Made by a program: the position numbers and the translations under genes. Below, piece by piece: positions 63,602 to 64,000 of a stretch of DNA of 64,000 bases. Position 1 is the stretch's first letter, and each line of letters opens with the position of its first letter. The stretch comes from an uncultured Chloroflexia bacterium (GTDB lineage Bacteria; Chloroflexota; Limnocylindria; QHBO01). The notes under the pieces are model-generated. The model was not told where the DNA came from, did no database searches, and saw only the letters and a program-made list of their open reading frames with translations. The stretch is from contig CAWGTN010000002.1 of the NCBI GenBank assembly GCA_963825525.1, positions 1,344,001 to 1,408,000 on the forward strand, written 5' to 3'.

Positions 63602-63913
63602 TCAGGAGAGGATGAGGATCGAAGCCGTGTTCGCGGCAAAGCCGATGACGCCCAGGCTGGTGGCAGAGGCGCCACCCCAGACCAACAGACGTGGGAAACG
63701 GCTCGCGCTGACGACCAACAGGCCGATGGTCAGCAGTAGCACGGATGCCTTCGCGATGAGTACGCCGCCAAGCCCAGCAGCGTGGTAGAGGACGGTCGCA
63801 ATGCCGTTGCTTTCGAGACCGATCCCAAACCGGCTCACGCCGAGCGTGAACGTGAATGCGTCCGCAAGCTGTGCGACGACAATCCCGAAGAGAATGAACC
63901 GGACGGTGAACAC
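63602..63913 (-). CDS. Small membrane protein (DUF5658-like)
   Basis: AD..T......E.N....K pattern, three TM helices. Confidence 0.55.
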   Translation of the reverse strand: MFTVRFILFGIVVAQLADAFTFTLGVSRFGIGLESNGIATVLYHAAGLGGVLIAKASVLLLTIGLLVVSASRFPRLLVWGGASATSLGVIGFAANTASILILS

Positions 63914-63924
63914 GCTAGTTCAAC

Positions 63925-63940
63925 AGCACGAATTGGGCCA
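63925..63940 (-). promoter_or_regulatory. Sigma-54-like -24/-12 promoter (near-leaderless)
   Basis: TGGCCCAATTCGTGCT on the minus strand; predicted +1 falls next to GTG 63913. Confidence 0.45.
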
Positions 63941-64000
63941 TCAGTCCCGGGTGGCAACTGGCCCATCAGGCCCATGTGCCACTGCGGGCCGAGCACCTGA

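Overview
High-GC bacterial chromosomal window. Gene content and style suggest a Chloroflexota-like soil or aquatic lineage (inference only). Most of it is housekeeping: tRNA-Asp, tRNA-Arg, holB, livKHMGF, hpt, rsmG, a trkA pair, an hsp20-hspR-lon-dnaJ-clpB heat-shock cluster, purH, glpX, folK, pcm and metE/metF-like. About ten genes carry small frameshifts that look like long-read indels. Four things stand out. (1) A candidate peptide-signalling / c-di-GMP module at 43.8-50.9 kb: MalT/BTAD-type regulator, promoter, c-di-GMP-II riboswitch, two unannotated peptides ending in [K/R]GW, a membrane HD-GYP phosphodiesterase and a DUF5317-like/MFS fusion; its middle section is compositionally foreign. 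(2) Six ~175-190 bp repeat units, each with four CGA-N4-TCG-type cores at a fixed ~50/64/50 spacing, flanking two paralogous HTH + nuclease-like genes and a 5'-nucleotidase gene. (3) An unrecognised ~150-nt structured RNA candidate with its own promoter and terminator next to tRNA-Arg. (4) Four sigma-54-like promoters, three of them before YtxH/YggT-type genes, with an NtrC-family activator in the window. All calls are by eye; no database searches were run.
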